This document shows, piece after piece, positions 12,630 to 26,404 of a stretch of 64,000 nucleotides of DNA. The notes under the pieces are model-generated. The model searched no databases, had not been told where the DNA came from, and was given only the letters and a program-made list of their open reading frames with translations. This stretch comes from Macrostomum lignano (taxonomy: Eukaryota): NCBI GenBank assembly GCA_002269645.1, contig NIVC01003113.1, forward strand, positions 1 through 64,000. The letters run 5' to 3'. The position numbers and the translations under genes are program-made. Each line of letters starts with the position of its first letter. Within the stretch, counting starts at the first letter, position 1.

Positions 12630-13796
12630 TCTCCCAGACTCTCCCTTCTCACAATCTCACTTTACTGTATCTCCTTCTCCCCCTCTCGCTCTCATGTCTT
12701 CCCTTACCTTACCGACTGTCTCCCTCCATCCCACCCTCTCGTGTCCCCCTCTCCGGCTCTTGGCCCCCCTTTCACCCTCCCGTGTCCCCCTCTCTCCCCC
12801 TCCCGTACCGACTGTCCCCCTCCCGTGTCCACCTCTCCCCCTCCTGTGTCCCCCTCCCCCCTTCTGTGTCTCCCTCTCCCCCTCCCGTGCAAGGACTACT
12901 CAAGTAACATATATATAGGACGCTACACTCGAAATCTGGTAAATGTCGAAAAATACACTACAGAGATAGGAGGTTCTAATTTTTTCAGCACAAAAATTGC
13001 TATTGCTTTTGATGGGAGGCAGATCCAGTGTTCATCTTTTGATATTTTGCGCCTTTCTTATTGCTCTTATCGATATTCTTAAAAAAGCTTTTCGTTAAGA
13101 AATTGTTTTAAAGGCAGGTTTCACCGGAAAAATGCACTACGGAGATAGGAAATTTCACGATTTTCAACACTAAAACAGTGATTGGGTCTCTTAACAGTGT
13201 CAGAAAGTCCTAATCACACTATTTTGTGCCTCACATGCTGCTCTAACGACGCATTAATCGATTTTCATGTTAAATTGGTCTTGTCATTATTTTAAACGTT
13301 TTTTCAAGTGACAGATATATGAATATTATGAATAGTTTCATGACTATCGATAGAGCAATAGGAAAGGCACAACATATCAAAAGATGAACACTGGGTCTGC
13401 CTCCCATCAAAAGCAATAACAATTTTTGTGCTGAAAAAATTAGAACCTCCTATCTCTGTAGTGTATTTTTCGGCGAAAAGTTGCCTTCAAAACATTTACG
13501 AGCGTACCATAGATTTCGAGTGTTGCGTCCTTCTACTTAAGTTGTCCTTGCTCCCGTGTCCCCCTCTTGGCCTCTCCCCCTCTCGTGTCCCCCTCTTGGC
13601 CTCTCCCCCTCCGTGTCCCCCTCTTGGCCTCTCCCCCTCTCGTGTCCCCCTCTTGGCCTCTCCCCCTCCCGTGTCCCCCTCTTGGCCTCTCCCCCTCTCG
13701 TGTCCCCCTCTTGGCCTCTCCCCCTCTCGTGTCCCCCTCTTGGCCTCTCCCCCTCCCGTGTCCCCCTCTTGGCCTCTCCCCCTCTCGTGTCCCCTG
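12630..13796. repeat. Pyrimidine-rich minisatellite (29-bp CCCCTCTTGGCCTCTCCCCCTCTCGTGTC on the right, degenerate on the left), split by a MITE
   Basis: Degenerate units at 12630-12889, regular units at 13551-13796. Confidence 0.85.
12890..13550. mobile_element. 661-bp non-autonomous hAT-like / foldback MITE
   Basis: Termini CAAGGACTACTCAAGTA / TACTTAAGTTGTCCTTG (15/17 complementary). Inverted arms continue about 190 bp (12948-13078 vs 13345-13470). 8-bp direct repeat CTCCCGTG at 12882-12889 and 13551-13558. 8-bp TSDs are typical of hAT (established). Confidence 0.8.
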
Positions 13797-14492
13797 GAGA
13801 TATTCGGCATGTAACAACCTACTCTGATGCCGAGTGAGGGCATCGGGCACACATTACACACACATACACGAGCAGCATGTGGAGTGGACAGACTGACTGA
13901 CACGTGAGCATCTTGCTCTGCGTACGATGCAGCGAGCCTTACAAAATATTGCAAAAACACGCTGAGGCGCGCCTCTCGGAATGCACAACTGCAAAAAAAC
14001 TACTCCACACCACAAGCACATGGGCCAAGTCGAGAATTCTCATGGAGGCTTTAGTAAACGCTACAAGCAACTCGGTTCGGTGCTAACCCACCCAGCATGC
14101 GCAGAGTAAACTGTGTTTCGTCAGAGGGGAGGGACATCGGTCATTTTGTGTCGGCCATGCTTTTTTGGACTTGCCGTGTATTGATTGGCTGGTTCTAAAA
14201 ATAGAATTTTTTTATTTGAAATTCTAAAAAACGCTTATCTATTTGAAGTAGGAAAATCAGGTTTTTAGTTGATTTCACAGCTTCTAAAATAACTAGTGAA
14301 TGAAGACGCTGTCGTCTTCAAAGGTGGGACGATGGCTATTGTGTTTTTATTGTTTATGTATTTAGCCTAAATTAAAAAACTACGAGCGTAAGAAGCTTAT
14401 TGGGCAACGAGTATATATACTTTAGTTGTTGGGTAGGGTCGCCGCCCCCACACCTCCCGCATTTAGTTTCTAAAATAACCAGATAGGCCAAT

Positions 14493-14898
14493 CTCAGGCA
14501 TATACTTAAAAAACAGCTTTCTACTTACAGTTCAGTAGCAAAGAAGAATAAAAAAGCTATTTTATAAAAATAAAGGCAGCTGAAATGACTTTGATAAGTT
14601 TAGAAGCCCAAGCTTGCAGGCGTAAACAACTTGCTAATTGGTTCAGCAGTAATGTACATTAGCCAGTCCACTCAAATGTACATGGAAGCTTTAGGCTGGA
14701 ATTCCGAGAAAGGCAATAAAAATTGGGGCAGGGGGTAGCGTGGACAGGCGCCGGTTGGAGGGTTTAAGCTGCGGGTAAGAGTCTATAAATGAGCCTTGAC
14801 TTTAAGAATACATATGCTTTTCTGTTTAACTTACTACTGAACTGAAAGTAGTTTACACGCAAATGTGCTGAGGCACATCTAGCTATTATAGTATCTGT
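14493..14898 (+). mobile_element. ~410-bp dispersed repeat, copy A (old MITE-like)
   Basis: Clearly homologous to 41802-42223 (same strand) and 17250-17690 (opposite strand). Internal inverted subtermini CTACTT(T/A)CAGTTCAGTAG / CTACTGAACTGAAAGTAG. Confidence 0.8.
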
Positions 14899-15163
14899 GG
14901 TTGACTTCTGCAGTGTCTCAGCTCAGGAAATAAAAAATCATGCTTTCGCCCAACCTCTGTCTCAATTGCAATTTCAGATCAATCATCAAGCCATTTTTGT
15001 TCGCAACAATTTCACTTCGTTCCGATTCATCCGGCATCAGCTACTCATCGCTCCCTTGTACATCATCTCTCTGATTGGTTGAGAAACCCCAACCACCGCC
15101 TAAGTCAATAAAATTCGTAATTAATTATCTATTCGGCACCGAGTACTACCAACTGCTGCAAAA

Positions 15164-17075
15164 ATGGTTGTACACGACTTCATCTCGGCAGCTGGCAAGA
15201 TGGAGCTGCTCACGCATGTGGGCTTGGACGATTTTGCGGACAGGTTAAACTGTCTGTTCACAGGTGAGCGGTACTGCAAAATTATACAAAGTGACTTACT
15301 AATTGACTCCAAGCGTGCGCATATGGTACTGTTTTAAGTGGGGTGGGGTGGGGGGGGGGGTTCGCCCCCATGGCCCCATACCGAATCTGGTAGTATGACC
15401 AGAGAGTACCGAGATTAGCTAACAGATAGAGAGAGAGAGCCAATGTATAGCTTCGACCATAGACAAAAGTCTTTCACTGAAATTAGACTGAAACTCTCCG
15501 TGGCACGTTCATAATACCAATATTTTTGTCTATTGACTTTTGTCTATGGTCTAAAAGTTAGAGCCCGAGGATTTTATTGCTTCTTGGTGCCTTTGTTCGG
15601 GTCTGGGGTAAAGGCCCCAGCCAAGAAACGCGTCCTAAGCCTAAAAATCCCCATAACTAACTCCAAATTCCAGTCTGCTTCCTGATGGTGTTCAGCTGCG
15701 CCACCACCATCAAGACCTACTTTCTGAATCCCATCTTCTGCTATCTCCCCAACATCGTCGGCTCCCACGAGGGCCAGTCGGCCTACGTCAACAACTACTG
15801 CTACACGGAGGGCACTTACAATGTCCCGCTAGAGGATTTCAAAATTGACAACACCAAAGCCTACTGGGACGAAGAGTTCCGCAGCAGAAAGATCTACTAT
15901 TACCAGTGGCTGCCGTTCCTGCTGGGCGTTCAGGGCATCATTTTCTGCATTCCGCGATTCACCTGGCAGCTGCTGGTGACCCAGCGCGCCGGCACGGACC
16001 TGTTCCAGCTGGTGCGGGTCGCCTGCGACGCCGGCCGGGCAGACGGCGAGAAGCGGGAGAAGCTCAGAGGTCATGTGACCCGCCAGCTGGAGCTGTGGCT
16101 GTTCAACACTCGCGAGCTGAGCAGCAGCCCGATGAAGCAGACCAGGCGGCGGCTGTACGGCTTCCTGTCCTGCTGCGTGGCCTCCAAGCGACTGGGCACC
16201 TGGCTGGTGTTCTGCTACTTCGTCATCAAATGCGCCTACATTGTCAACCTGATTTGCCAGCTGCTGCTCATGTGCCACGTGTTGCAGGTGAAAAGCTCGC
16301 GGTCTTACAGCGGCTCCCTGCTGTGGCTGACGTCCACCTTCGGGCTGGACCTGCTGTCGGAGCTGGCGCAGGGCCGCGACTGGCAGGACACGGGCCTGTT
16401 CCCCGGAGCGGCGCCTGCGCCATCAAGACTCGCCAGACAGCCGATGCGCAGTACATCTTTGCCCAGTGCGCCCTGCCAGTCAACATGATCCACGAGAAGA
16501 TCTTCATTTTCCTGTGGTTCTGGTACGTGGTTGTGCTCGTGCTGACGCTACTCAGCGTTGCTCTATGGTGCTACCGGCTGCTCAGCCACCAGCGCAGCCG
16601 CCTATTCAAGAAGTACCTGTTCCTGGCCGAGAAGCTGTCCCAGAAGAACAAGGACGACGAGCGGCCGGTTGTGGAAAATTTTGTGACGAAATTTTTGCGC
16701 CACGATGGCGCCCTGGTGCTGCACATGATGGCGCTGAACTGCGGTGACGTCATCACCACGGAGATCTGCGCCGATCTCTACGGCGAGTTCAAGACTCAGT
16801 ACTCACACCTGGACCTGCGCAATCCAACAGACATCGGCGATGCCATCGCGTTGAACGTCAGCCACAGCAGCATCGCCGCGATGTCACCGAACGGCGCCGT
16901 CGGCACCATCGGCAAGCGGCGACGTCGTCGGAGTAACAGCGGCGCCGGCGCAGACGAGAAGCACAACAGCCGGGCGAGCGTCTTCTTCGCTGAGCCGTCG
17001 GCCCCGCTGATGGAGGAGGACGCTGGGGCGGCCCCGGTGGCCCCGTCTGCGGACGCTTCCAGCACCGCGCTGTGA
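15164..17075 (+). CDS. Innexin A, ~500 aa; join(15164..15263,15674..17075) with a 1-bp deletion at CCCC 16401-16404
   Basis: Exon 1 MVVHDF...GLDDFADRLNCLFT, phase-1 GT-AG intron, exon 2 VCFLMVFSCATT...PIFC...NNYCY...YYQWLPF...FP(R)SGAC...QCALPVNMIHEKIFIFLWFW. Adding one C restores 1503 nt (501 codons) and collinearity with innexin B. Confidence 0.93.
15455..15551. mobile_element. 97-bp mini-element with perfect 17-bp terminal inverted repeat GACCATAGACAAAAGTC
   Basis: 15455-15471 is the exact reverse complement of 15535-15551; lies in the innexin A intron; no obvious TA or 8-bp TSD. Confidence 0.8.
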
Positions 17076-17249
17076 GCCGCTCCTCAGCCGATTTGAGCTC
17101 ATAGCTTATAAAATTTCAACTTCACTGAATGATTCGCATTGAGCTTGCTAAAGTACATAGTGTACCTGACCCCAAAAAATCAATATCTTGCCTGCTGTGT
17201 GGCTAATTAAAATTTTACATTTATCAGAAAAGTTTCTTCTAGTCGGTTT

Positions 17250-17690
17250 ACAGATACTAGAATAACTAGATGGGCCACTCAGCACATTTGCATGTAAGCT
17301 ACTTTCTGTTCAGTAGTAAGTTAAACAGAAGCATTTTAATGTATTTTCAAAGACAAGGCTCATTTATTGGCTCGTAAATCTTACCCCCCAAAGCTTAAAC
17401 CCTCAAACTACACACAGAACCTCTTACCCCTGCCCCGCCACCCAATTTTTATTGCCTTCCTCGGTTGTTCCAGCCTAAATCTGCCACGTATCTATCTATT
17501 GGCTAATGTACATTATTGCTGAACCAATCAGCAAGCTGTTTACGAGTACGTCCGCAAGCTTGGCTTCTCAACTTATCAAAGTCATCTCAGCTGCCTTTAT
17601 TCTTATAAAATTCTTATAAAACCTTATGTATTCTTCATTGTTACAGAACAGAAACAGAAAGTAGTAAGTATCTGTTGTTTATGGCTAAAA
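17250..17690 (-). mobile_element. ~410-bp dispersed repeat, copy B (inverted relative to A and C)
   Basis: Reverse complement aligns to 14493-14898 and 41802-42223 (AATAAAGGCAGCTGA, TAATGTACATTAGCCA, GGCAATAAAAATTGGG blocks). Confidence 0.78.
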
Positions 17691-18879
17691 ATTCTGCTTC
17701 TAAATCATAGAAAAATAAAAGTGTCAAACAAACAACTACAGCGGAAAATCAATCTGGTTGTCAATCATGTCAAACTCTTGGCTTCAACCACGCTCCAAGC
17801 ATCCTCTATTTAGGTGTACAACTTTTCTCAACGAATTCCCTATTCACCTCGACGCCCTTTTTATCCACTGATCGAGATGTTAACACGATGAGTCGATGAC
17901 AACACAAGTTGAGCTTTTAAAATGAAGCCATTTCTGCGTTTAGGTGCAATCTGGTTGATTTAAAACAGGTTCTAACAGCCAACTTATGGGGAACTCCGTC
18001 CCAAAGGAATACAATGGAAACTTACTGGTTAATTCTTAGCAGAATAGTCAAGTAGTCTGTCGCCTAGCAACCCTAAACTTAACGTACAATTGTCAAACAC
18101 CTTACATTGCATTATTAGCTCATCCTTTTATGTTTTTGAAATCTCCTTTAATGCGCCGGCTTTATCTCATCCGCCAGGCAAATTCCAATCTTTAAAGTAT
18201 GCGAGCTACACAAGGCTGGTGTTTCTGCCATTTATCATGATACCGTTTTTTCCTCATTGAATTTTCAATGCAATGAGCTGGGTCGGTTTTTTCAGTTTAA
18301 AGTGAACTCAAAACGCAAAGAATTTGCATACTTTACTACTTGTGCGATTGACTCTAAACCGTACACAATACGCCTGCTGCATGTTCCTGAAAGTGCCACT
18401 CTACTGTTTATTTATTAATTTGCCCTTGTTTTATTATTTTGATCTGTACACATGTTTAATATCCTCAGCGTGTGAGCATTAATTTAAGAGCATGATTTAA
18501 ACTGCTTCAAGCTGTTACAGCAAATACTTCTAATTCTACAATGAACTACTGTCAGTACTAATAGTAGCCAGTAAGGATAAATTTTACAAGTAGCCGGAAC
18601 ATTGAATTCAAGTAGTGCCAGAGAATTTTTGTAAAATTTAATCTTTGCTGTTTTTAGTCAATATCAGTTGCCCATTTTTCAATCACTGATTGTTTTGCGC
18701 CAATGCCATGTTTCAACTTTCTGCATGTGTGACGTTATTTGAATTCGTGCTTTTTATTAATTACTAATGTCAGTAATTTGCTGCCAAATACAACAAATAA
18801 TGAAATCTACTGCTGGCAATTCAGGTTTCAAGTTATGGAACTAAGACTGAATAATTTTTGAGTCTTTGTTTGATTTTCT

Positions 18880-19352
18880 GCGATTCCGGACTGGCCCAAG
18901 TGCGCAGATTCTGGACTGCCGGACTGGCCCAAGTGCGCAGATTCCGGACTGGCACAAGCGCGCAGATTCTGGACTGCCGGACTGGCACAAGCGCGCAGAT
19001 TCCGGACTGGCCCAAGTGCGCAGATTCCAGACTGGCACAAGCGCGCAGATTCTGGACTGCCGGACTGGCACAAGCGCGCAGATTCTGGACTGCCGGACTG
19101 GCACAAGCGCGCAGATTCCGGACTGGCACAAGCGCGCAGATTCCGGACTGGCCCAAGTGCGCAGATTCCGGACTGGCACAAGCGCGCAGATTCCGGACTG
19201 GCCCAAGTGCGCAGATTCCGGACTGGCACAAGCGCGCAGATTCCGGACTGGCCCAAGTGCGCAGATTCCGGACTGGCACAAGCGCGCAGATTCCGGACTG
19301 GCCCAAGTGCGCAGATTCCGGACTGGCACAAGCGCGCAGATTCCGGACTGGC
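18880..19352. repeat. 25-bp GC-rich minisatellite with two alternating variants
   Basis: CCGGACTGGCCCAAGTGCGCAGATT and CCGGACTGGCACAAGCGCGCAGATT, plus occasional 10-bp insertions. Confidence 0.95.
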
Positions 19353-19714
19353 ATATTTATGTCTCTCGCTCACAACTTATTCTAAAAATGAAATAAAATA
19401 GTGAAAACGCATACACTATTGTACTTTTTCAAGCTGGGATTACATGTAAATAGTTGCTATGCAATAAAATTATATTTGAACTATATAGTAATTGACAGAT
19501 TTCAATAGTTCGTTCCGTTTCGTTGATGTCGCGTCAATCAAACTGTCTCGCTCCGGAGGTCAGAAAACTGTCGATTAATATTGCAATTTTCTGCATCGAA
19601 ATTTTTATATCAGTTTCGAAAACAAACTTGTGCTCTCACAAGATCGAAATTTCCCATCATCTAAAAGTTATATAGCTCGCACATGTATCCACTCTCATGT
19701 CTAAAACTTCTTAA

Positions 19715-20565
19715 GATCTGAATTTGACAGCGCAAAATCTTCTTAAGATCTGAATTTGACAGCGCAAAATCTTCATGAGATCTGAATTTGACACAAACCA
19801 AATCTTCATGAGATCTGAATTTGACAGCGCCAAATCTTCATGAGATCTGAATTTGACAGCGCCAAATCTTCATGAGATCTGAATTTGACACAAACCAAAT
19901 CTTCATGAGATCTGAATTTGACACAAACCAAATCTTCATGAGATCTGAATTTGACACAAACCAAATCTTCATGAGATCTGAATTTGACACAAACCAAATC
20001 TTCATGAGATCTGAATTTGACACAAACCAAATCTTCATGAGATCTGAATTTGACACAAACCAAATCTTCATGAGATCTGAATTTGACACAAACCAAATCT
20101 TCATGAGATCAGAATTTGACACAAACCAAATCTTCATGAGATCAGAATTTGACACAAACCAAATCTTCATGAGATCTGAATTTGACACAAACCAAATCTT
20201 CATGAGATCTGAATTTAACAGCGCCAAATCTTCATGAGATCTGAATTTGACAGCGCAAAATCTTCATGAGATCTGAATTTGACAGCGCAAAATCTTCATG
20301 AGATCTGAATTTGACAGCGCAAAATCTTCATGGGATCTGAATTTGACAGCGCAAAATCTTCATGAGATCTGAATTTGACACAAACCAAATCTTCATAAGA
20401 TCTGAATTTGACAGCGCAAAATCTTCATGAGATCTGAATTTGACACAAACCAAATCTTCATGAGATCTGAATTTGACAGCGCAAAATCTTCCCGGGATCT
20501 GAATTTGACAGCGCAAAATCTTCCCGGGATCTGAATTTGACACAAGCCAAATCTTCATAAGATGT
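19715..20565. repeat. 32/33-bp minisatellite (ATGAGATCTGAATTTGACACAAACCAAATCTTC)n
   Basis: About 26 copies, two variants (ACAAACC vs AGCGCA/C). Confidence 0.96.
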
Positions 20566-21383
20566 GAATTGAAATTTATGTGATGTGAAATTCAAGTCTT
20601 TGTGTGGCATGAATCTTGGCCCATGAATTTCATACAACAGAGGTTTTGAGAAGCGGTACTCAACAGTCTGCAGGTTGGAAGCCAGGTAAGTGTGTACACA
20701 CGCACTTACTATACACAGTGAAAGGAAGATTAAAAATAGTAAGTTAAATTCCAGCGAAAATACAGAATTTTGCGGGGGCAGCGGGGCAAACTGCCGGATT
20801 TGAGAATCAAACAGTGTCGCCTATTGACGCTTAAAATTTTATCGATTTTTGCTGCAGTCTGTCTACTCTCAGTTTTTATACAGCGAGAGAGAGATTGCGC
20901 CTGTCTGGCTGGCCCCAGGAATTCAATGGCGCGCATGTACAGTCGGACAGCAAAGCTGCAGAGTTTCTAACTCGAGCGACTGAAAGCCGATCAATCGATT
21001 CAAGTTCAACTAGAGGAGCAGGAGGAATAACCCAACTCTCTCGCTCCGCTCAACACTGGCTGATCCCGCACCTGCGCCCCGTGTGTGTACACCTTCGGTG
21101 GAAACTCGCCTCCCAGCTAAGCCAATACTTTGTTTCTCTGGTTGCTTCCCAAGTGGAGAATATTTCACAGTCTGCTCAACCCAGGAGTGAGTGTAGTAAG
21201 GGGAGTGAGCAGAGGCCATTGGCTTAGCCATATAATTGTCCTCACTAATATTTAGTTCATTCCATTGCGTGTTTGTGCAGTTTGGCTGACGAAACCTTTC
21301 CTGTTCCAGAATTTTGCCAAAGGGGCCCATAAAGGTAAGGGATTTATTTCTTTTGACTAAGAGCCAACTTTACTAAATTGTTG

Positions 21384-22505
<1,122 letters not shown>

Positions 22506-23114
22506 CCTTTTTGACTATGAAGTGGGTTGATTGAGCTCACCTGAAGGAGTTCCGCTGTAAATCCAAACCGACTGAATTCAGGCAGACGAAAATAAATAAT
22601 AAAAACTCAATGCTTCCGCCAGCAAGAGACTCGTGGGAGCCAAAAAGCATCCGGTGTCCTTGAGTTGGGAACCCGATTACTCAGATTGACGGGGGGCAAT
22701 CGAGGACAAGGCAGCGCCACCAAGAAGAGTATGGACTGGCTTTATTAGCTGCTCAAGCACTGAGTGGCTGACCATCTGCTTCCAGTCTGCACAGGGGATT
22801 CAAAAGGTATTTTTAGTCAAACAAAAGCTTAACTTGGGAGCTTGGGAACTGTGCAGAGAAGAAATATATTGAACTAATAGTGTGGCTTCAGATTTCCCTA
22901 ATTTAGAAGCTTAAATGCCACCGTTTAATACTGCTGTGCCATTCTGCAGTGTCCGGCAGGCATTCTCGATGCGAATTACCGCGAGTTCGTTTGGAACTGG
23001 ACTACTCTGCTCACTGCTCTACTGACAGACACTTCTCCGGCAAACTGCAACACAGACTCATCGTCTTCCTTCTGACTTTTTTGACTTCAACCCCAGAAGC
23101 AGACCAGCTTGACA

Positions 23115-25374
23115 ATGGTTGTTCAGGAGTTTCTGGACCGCATGAGCAAGATGGAGGTGCTGACTTATGTCGGCCTGGATGACTGGTTTGATCGGCTCAA
23201 CTTCCTAATCACGGGTGAGTCGCAGGCTTGGCACTCCACAGGCAAGAGGGGAAAGGGGAGGGAATGGAGAGAGAGGAGAGAGGAGAGAAGAAGACTGAGA
23301 AGGAGACAGGACCACCAAGAGTAACCCACCAAGAGACAGGGACACCCACCAGGAGACAGGGACAACCACCAGGAGGCAGGGACACCCACCAAGAGACAGG
23401 ACACCCACCAAGAGACAGGACACCCACCAAGAGACAGGACACCCACCAAGAGACAGGACACCCACCAAGAGACAGGACACCCACCAAGAGACAGGACACC
23501 CACCAAGAGACAGGACACCCACCAAGAGACAGGACACCCACCAGGAGACAGGGACACCCACCAGCAGACAGAGACAACCACCAGGAGACAGGACACCCAA
23601 CAAGAGACAGTGAAACCCACCAAGAGACAGGGACAACCACCAGGAGACAGGGGCGCCCACTAGAAGACAGAGGGCGCCCACTAGAAGACAGAGGGCGCCA
23701 CCAAGAGACAGAAGCGCCACCAAGACACCAAATACTGGCGCCCCTTGAGTCTGGTGTCTACTCCAATTAAAATCCGAAGGCGGACTGGTTAAGTCGGAGC
23801 GTTACTCTGGGCCTTATTTCCGTTACTAAGTGACGAATCTTTATAACCGATCTTCCAAAATCCTGCCACCGCCCACGCACTCAAGCTGGGGTGCTGCTAT
23901 TGTAGCTTACAAAAAGTACTTTTGCAGACACAAAATCTTTCCCTATGATGATATTCCAGTGTGGCTACTGCTATTGATGAGCACAGTCACTACAGTCAAG
24001 ACGTACTTTCTCCAGCCGATCATCTGCTACATCCCCAACATCGTCGGGTCGCACGAAGGCCAGGCGGCCTACATAACCAACTACTGCTACACAGAGGGCA
24101 CTTACAATGTCCCACTGGCCGAGTTCAAAGTTGACAACGAGAATCCGCGCTGGATGGAGGCCTACAAGGACAAGAAGATCTATTATTACCAATGGCTGCC
24201 GTTTGTGCTCGGCCTGCAAGGCGTTCTGTGCTACGCGCCCCGCATAGTCTGGTACCTGTTCATCAACAACCGCTCCGGCACAGACCTCACCCAGCTGGTC
24301 CGCCAGACGGTGGAACTGCAGAAGGCCGAGGGCGACAGGCGCGAGAAGCTCATGAAGCACCTGTGCCGCCAGATCGAGCTGTGGATCCGCGGCAACATGC
24401 CGATTCACAAGTATGGCAAGTGCAAAACTGTGCGCGACTTTGTCCTCAACTGGGCGCCCGGCCTGCTGTGGTCCAAGCGGCTGGGCACCTGGCTCATCAT
24501 TGTCTACCTATTGGTGAAGCTGTTCTACATCTGCAACGCGGCCGGACAGCTGGTGCTCATGACCCGCCTGCTGCAGCTGACTGAGCTGCCAGAGAACAAG
24601 AACAGCAGCCTGCTGAGAATCACATCGACATTTGGCGCTGACCTGCTGAGGGACCTGCTGCAGGGCCGGGACTGGCAGAACACCGGCGTCTTCCCGCGCT
24701 CCGGCTGCTGCGCCATCGAGACCAGGCAGGCCAGCTCATCCCAGTTCATCTTCGCCCAGTGCGCCCTGCCGGTGAACATGATCCACGAGAAGCTGTACAT
24801 CTTTCTATGGTTCTGGTTCGTGTTCCTGCTCTTGATGAATGTGCTCAGCGTGCCGCTGTGGCTGTTCCGCTTCTGCAGCGCATACGGACGCAGCAGCACG
24901 GTGATCAAGCACCTCAGGCTGAGCGGCGCCGTCAGCAAAGAGAAATCCGGCAGCATTGATGCTGGCCTGGAGTTCTGCCGCGAGTTCCTCCGCTTTGATG
25001 GCGTCTTCCTGGTGCACATGCTGGTGCTGAACGCTGGCGAGGTGGTGGTGACGGACATGTGCACGGAGCTGTTCAGCATCTACAATGCGTCATATCGGGA
25101 GCAGCTGGACGAAGTAGTCAGCGAGGCCGGCAGCGCTGGTCGGCGCCATCGGCACCGCAACGAGAACGGCCGGCTGCCGCCGAACCTGCCGTCGGATCCG
25201 CAGATGATGCCGCTGGTGGCCAAGTGCAACAGCTCCAGCAGCTTGAACAGGCGCAACGGCCAGCGCAGAGGTTTGCAAACACTCAGCGAGGATGTCGCCG
25301 AGGCGCAGACGCCTTCGTCGCCCGGAGCTGACCTCAGGCTGCCGACCGCGCCACCAGCCGAGTGCTCCGTTTGA
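23115..25374 (+). CDS. Innexin B, 504 aa; join(23115..23214,23960..25374)
   Basis: Exon 1 MVVQEFL...GLDDWFDRLNFLIT (100 nt, phase 1); exon 2 VWLLLLMS...PIIC...TNYCY...YYQWLPF...FPRSGCC...QCALPVNMIHEKLYIFLWFW; 1515 nt, intact. Confidence 0.96.
23305..23735. repeat. 19/20-bp minisatellite (CACCAAGAGACAGGACACC)n in the innexin B intron
   Basis: Read directly; related to the 37400-38470 array on the opposite strand. Confidence 0.92.
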
Positions 25375-25599
25375 CCTGAGAAGCTCAGCGTCTTTCCTCT
25401 TCATCTATAGTGAGTCAGTTTGGTGTGTCTTGGGTGAGAGAAGATAAAACCAATCTGTTTAAACAGACTGTTTGAGCGCAATCGACCTGAATCATTCGGA
25501 ACGAGCGCAGGCACGGTCGGCGTAAGCTGCGGTGCGGTGCCAGCGAATTGGACAGCTGTCCGATGCAGCCGCCTCTCTTCGAACTGGGTTGTTGCAGAC

Positions 25600-26404
25600 C
25601 AGGGGTTGGCAAGCTTTTCTACCTCAGGGCCAGGCAGAGAATCTATACTATAGTGCACGACTGCGGGCCAGGGGAGGGGAGAGAGGAGGGGGTCAAAGGG
25701 AATAGAGAAGAGACATATAGAAGAAAGGAGAGGAGAGACGAGGAGAGGAGAGGAGAGGAGGAGAGAAGAGAAAGAGAGAGAAGAGGAGGGGAGAGAAGAG
25801 GAGGGAGAGAAGAGGAGGGAGAGAAGAGGAGGGGATAGGAGAGGAGAGGAGGGAGAGAAGAGGAGGGGAGAGAAGAGGAGGGAGAGAAGAGGAAGGAGAG
25901 AAGAGGAGGGGATAGGAGAGGAGAGGAGGGAGAGAAGAGGAGGGGATAGGAGAGGAGAGGAGGGAGAGAAGAGGAGGGGAGAGGAGAGGAGGGAGAGAAG
26001 AGGAAGGAGAGAAGAGGAGGGGATAGGAGAGGAGAGGAGGGAGAGAAGAGGAGGGGATAGGAGAGGAGAGGAGGGAGAGAAGAGGAGGGGAGAGGAGAGG
26101 AGGGGAGAGGAGAGGAGGGGAGAGAAGAGGAGGGAGAGAAGAGGAGAGGAGGGGAGAGGAGAGGAGGGGAGGGGAGAGAAGAGGAGAGGAGGGTGAGGAG
26201 AGGAGAGAAGAGAAGAGAGAGGATAGAAGTGAGAGAGAAAAGGATAGAAAAGAGAAGCGTCTATTAGAGAGAAGAGAGCTGGGCAGCGACACAAGCCTTG
26301 AGCGGGCCGCATTGCTATTGTGAAGCTTCAAAGGACCCGAGGGCCGGATAGAGAGGCTTCGCGGGAGCCGCACGTGGCCCGAGGCCGGAGTTTGCCGACC
26401 CCTG
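25600..26404. mobile_element. hAT (Charlie-like) MITE containing a ~590-bp purine-rich expansion
   Basis: TIRs CAGGGGTTGGCAAGCT / AGTTTGCCGACCCCTG; GCGGGCCGCA and GTGGCCCG subtermini; TSD TTGCAGAC / TTGCATAC (7/8). GA-rich array at ~25690-26275 inside. Confidence 0.85.

Noticed and set aside
15906-16400. Long overlapping alternative-frame and antisense ORFs over the innexins, GPCR and MFSD5
   Set aside because: Expected shadows of GC3-rich coding sequence.
19715-20565. CRISPR-like appearance of ~30-bp repeats (also 35165-35566)
   Set aside because: Units are directly tandem with no unique spacers, the context is eukaryotic, and there are no cas genes.
23830-23959. ORF-track N-terminus of innexin B (MTNLYNRSS...)
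   Set aside because: Intronic read-through; the true N-terminus is the 100-nt exon at 23115-23214, homologous to innexin A exon 1.
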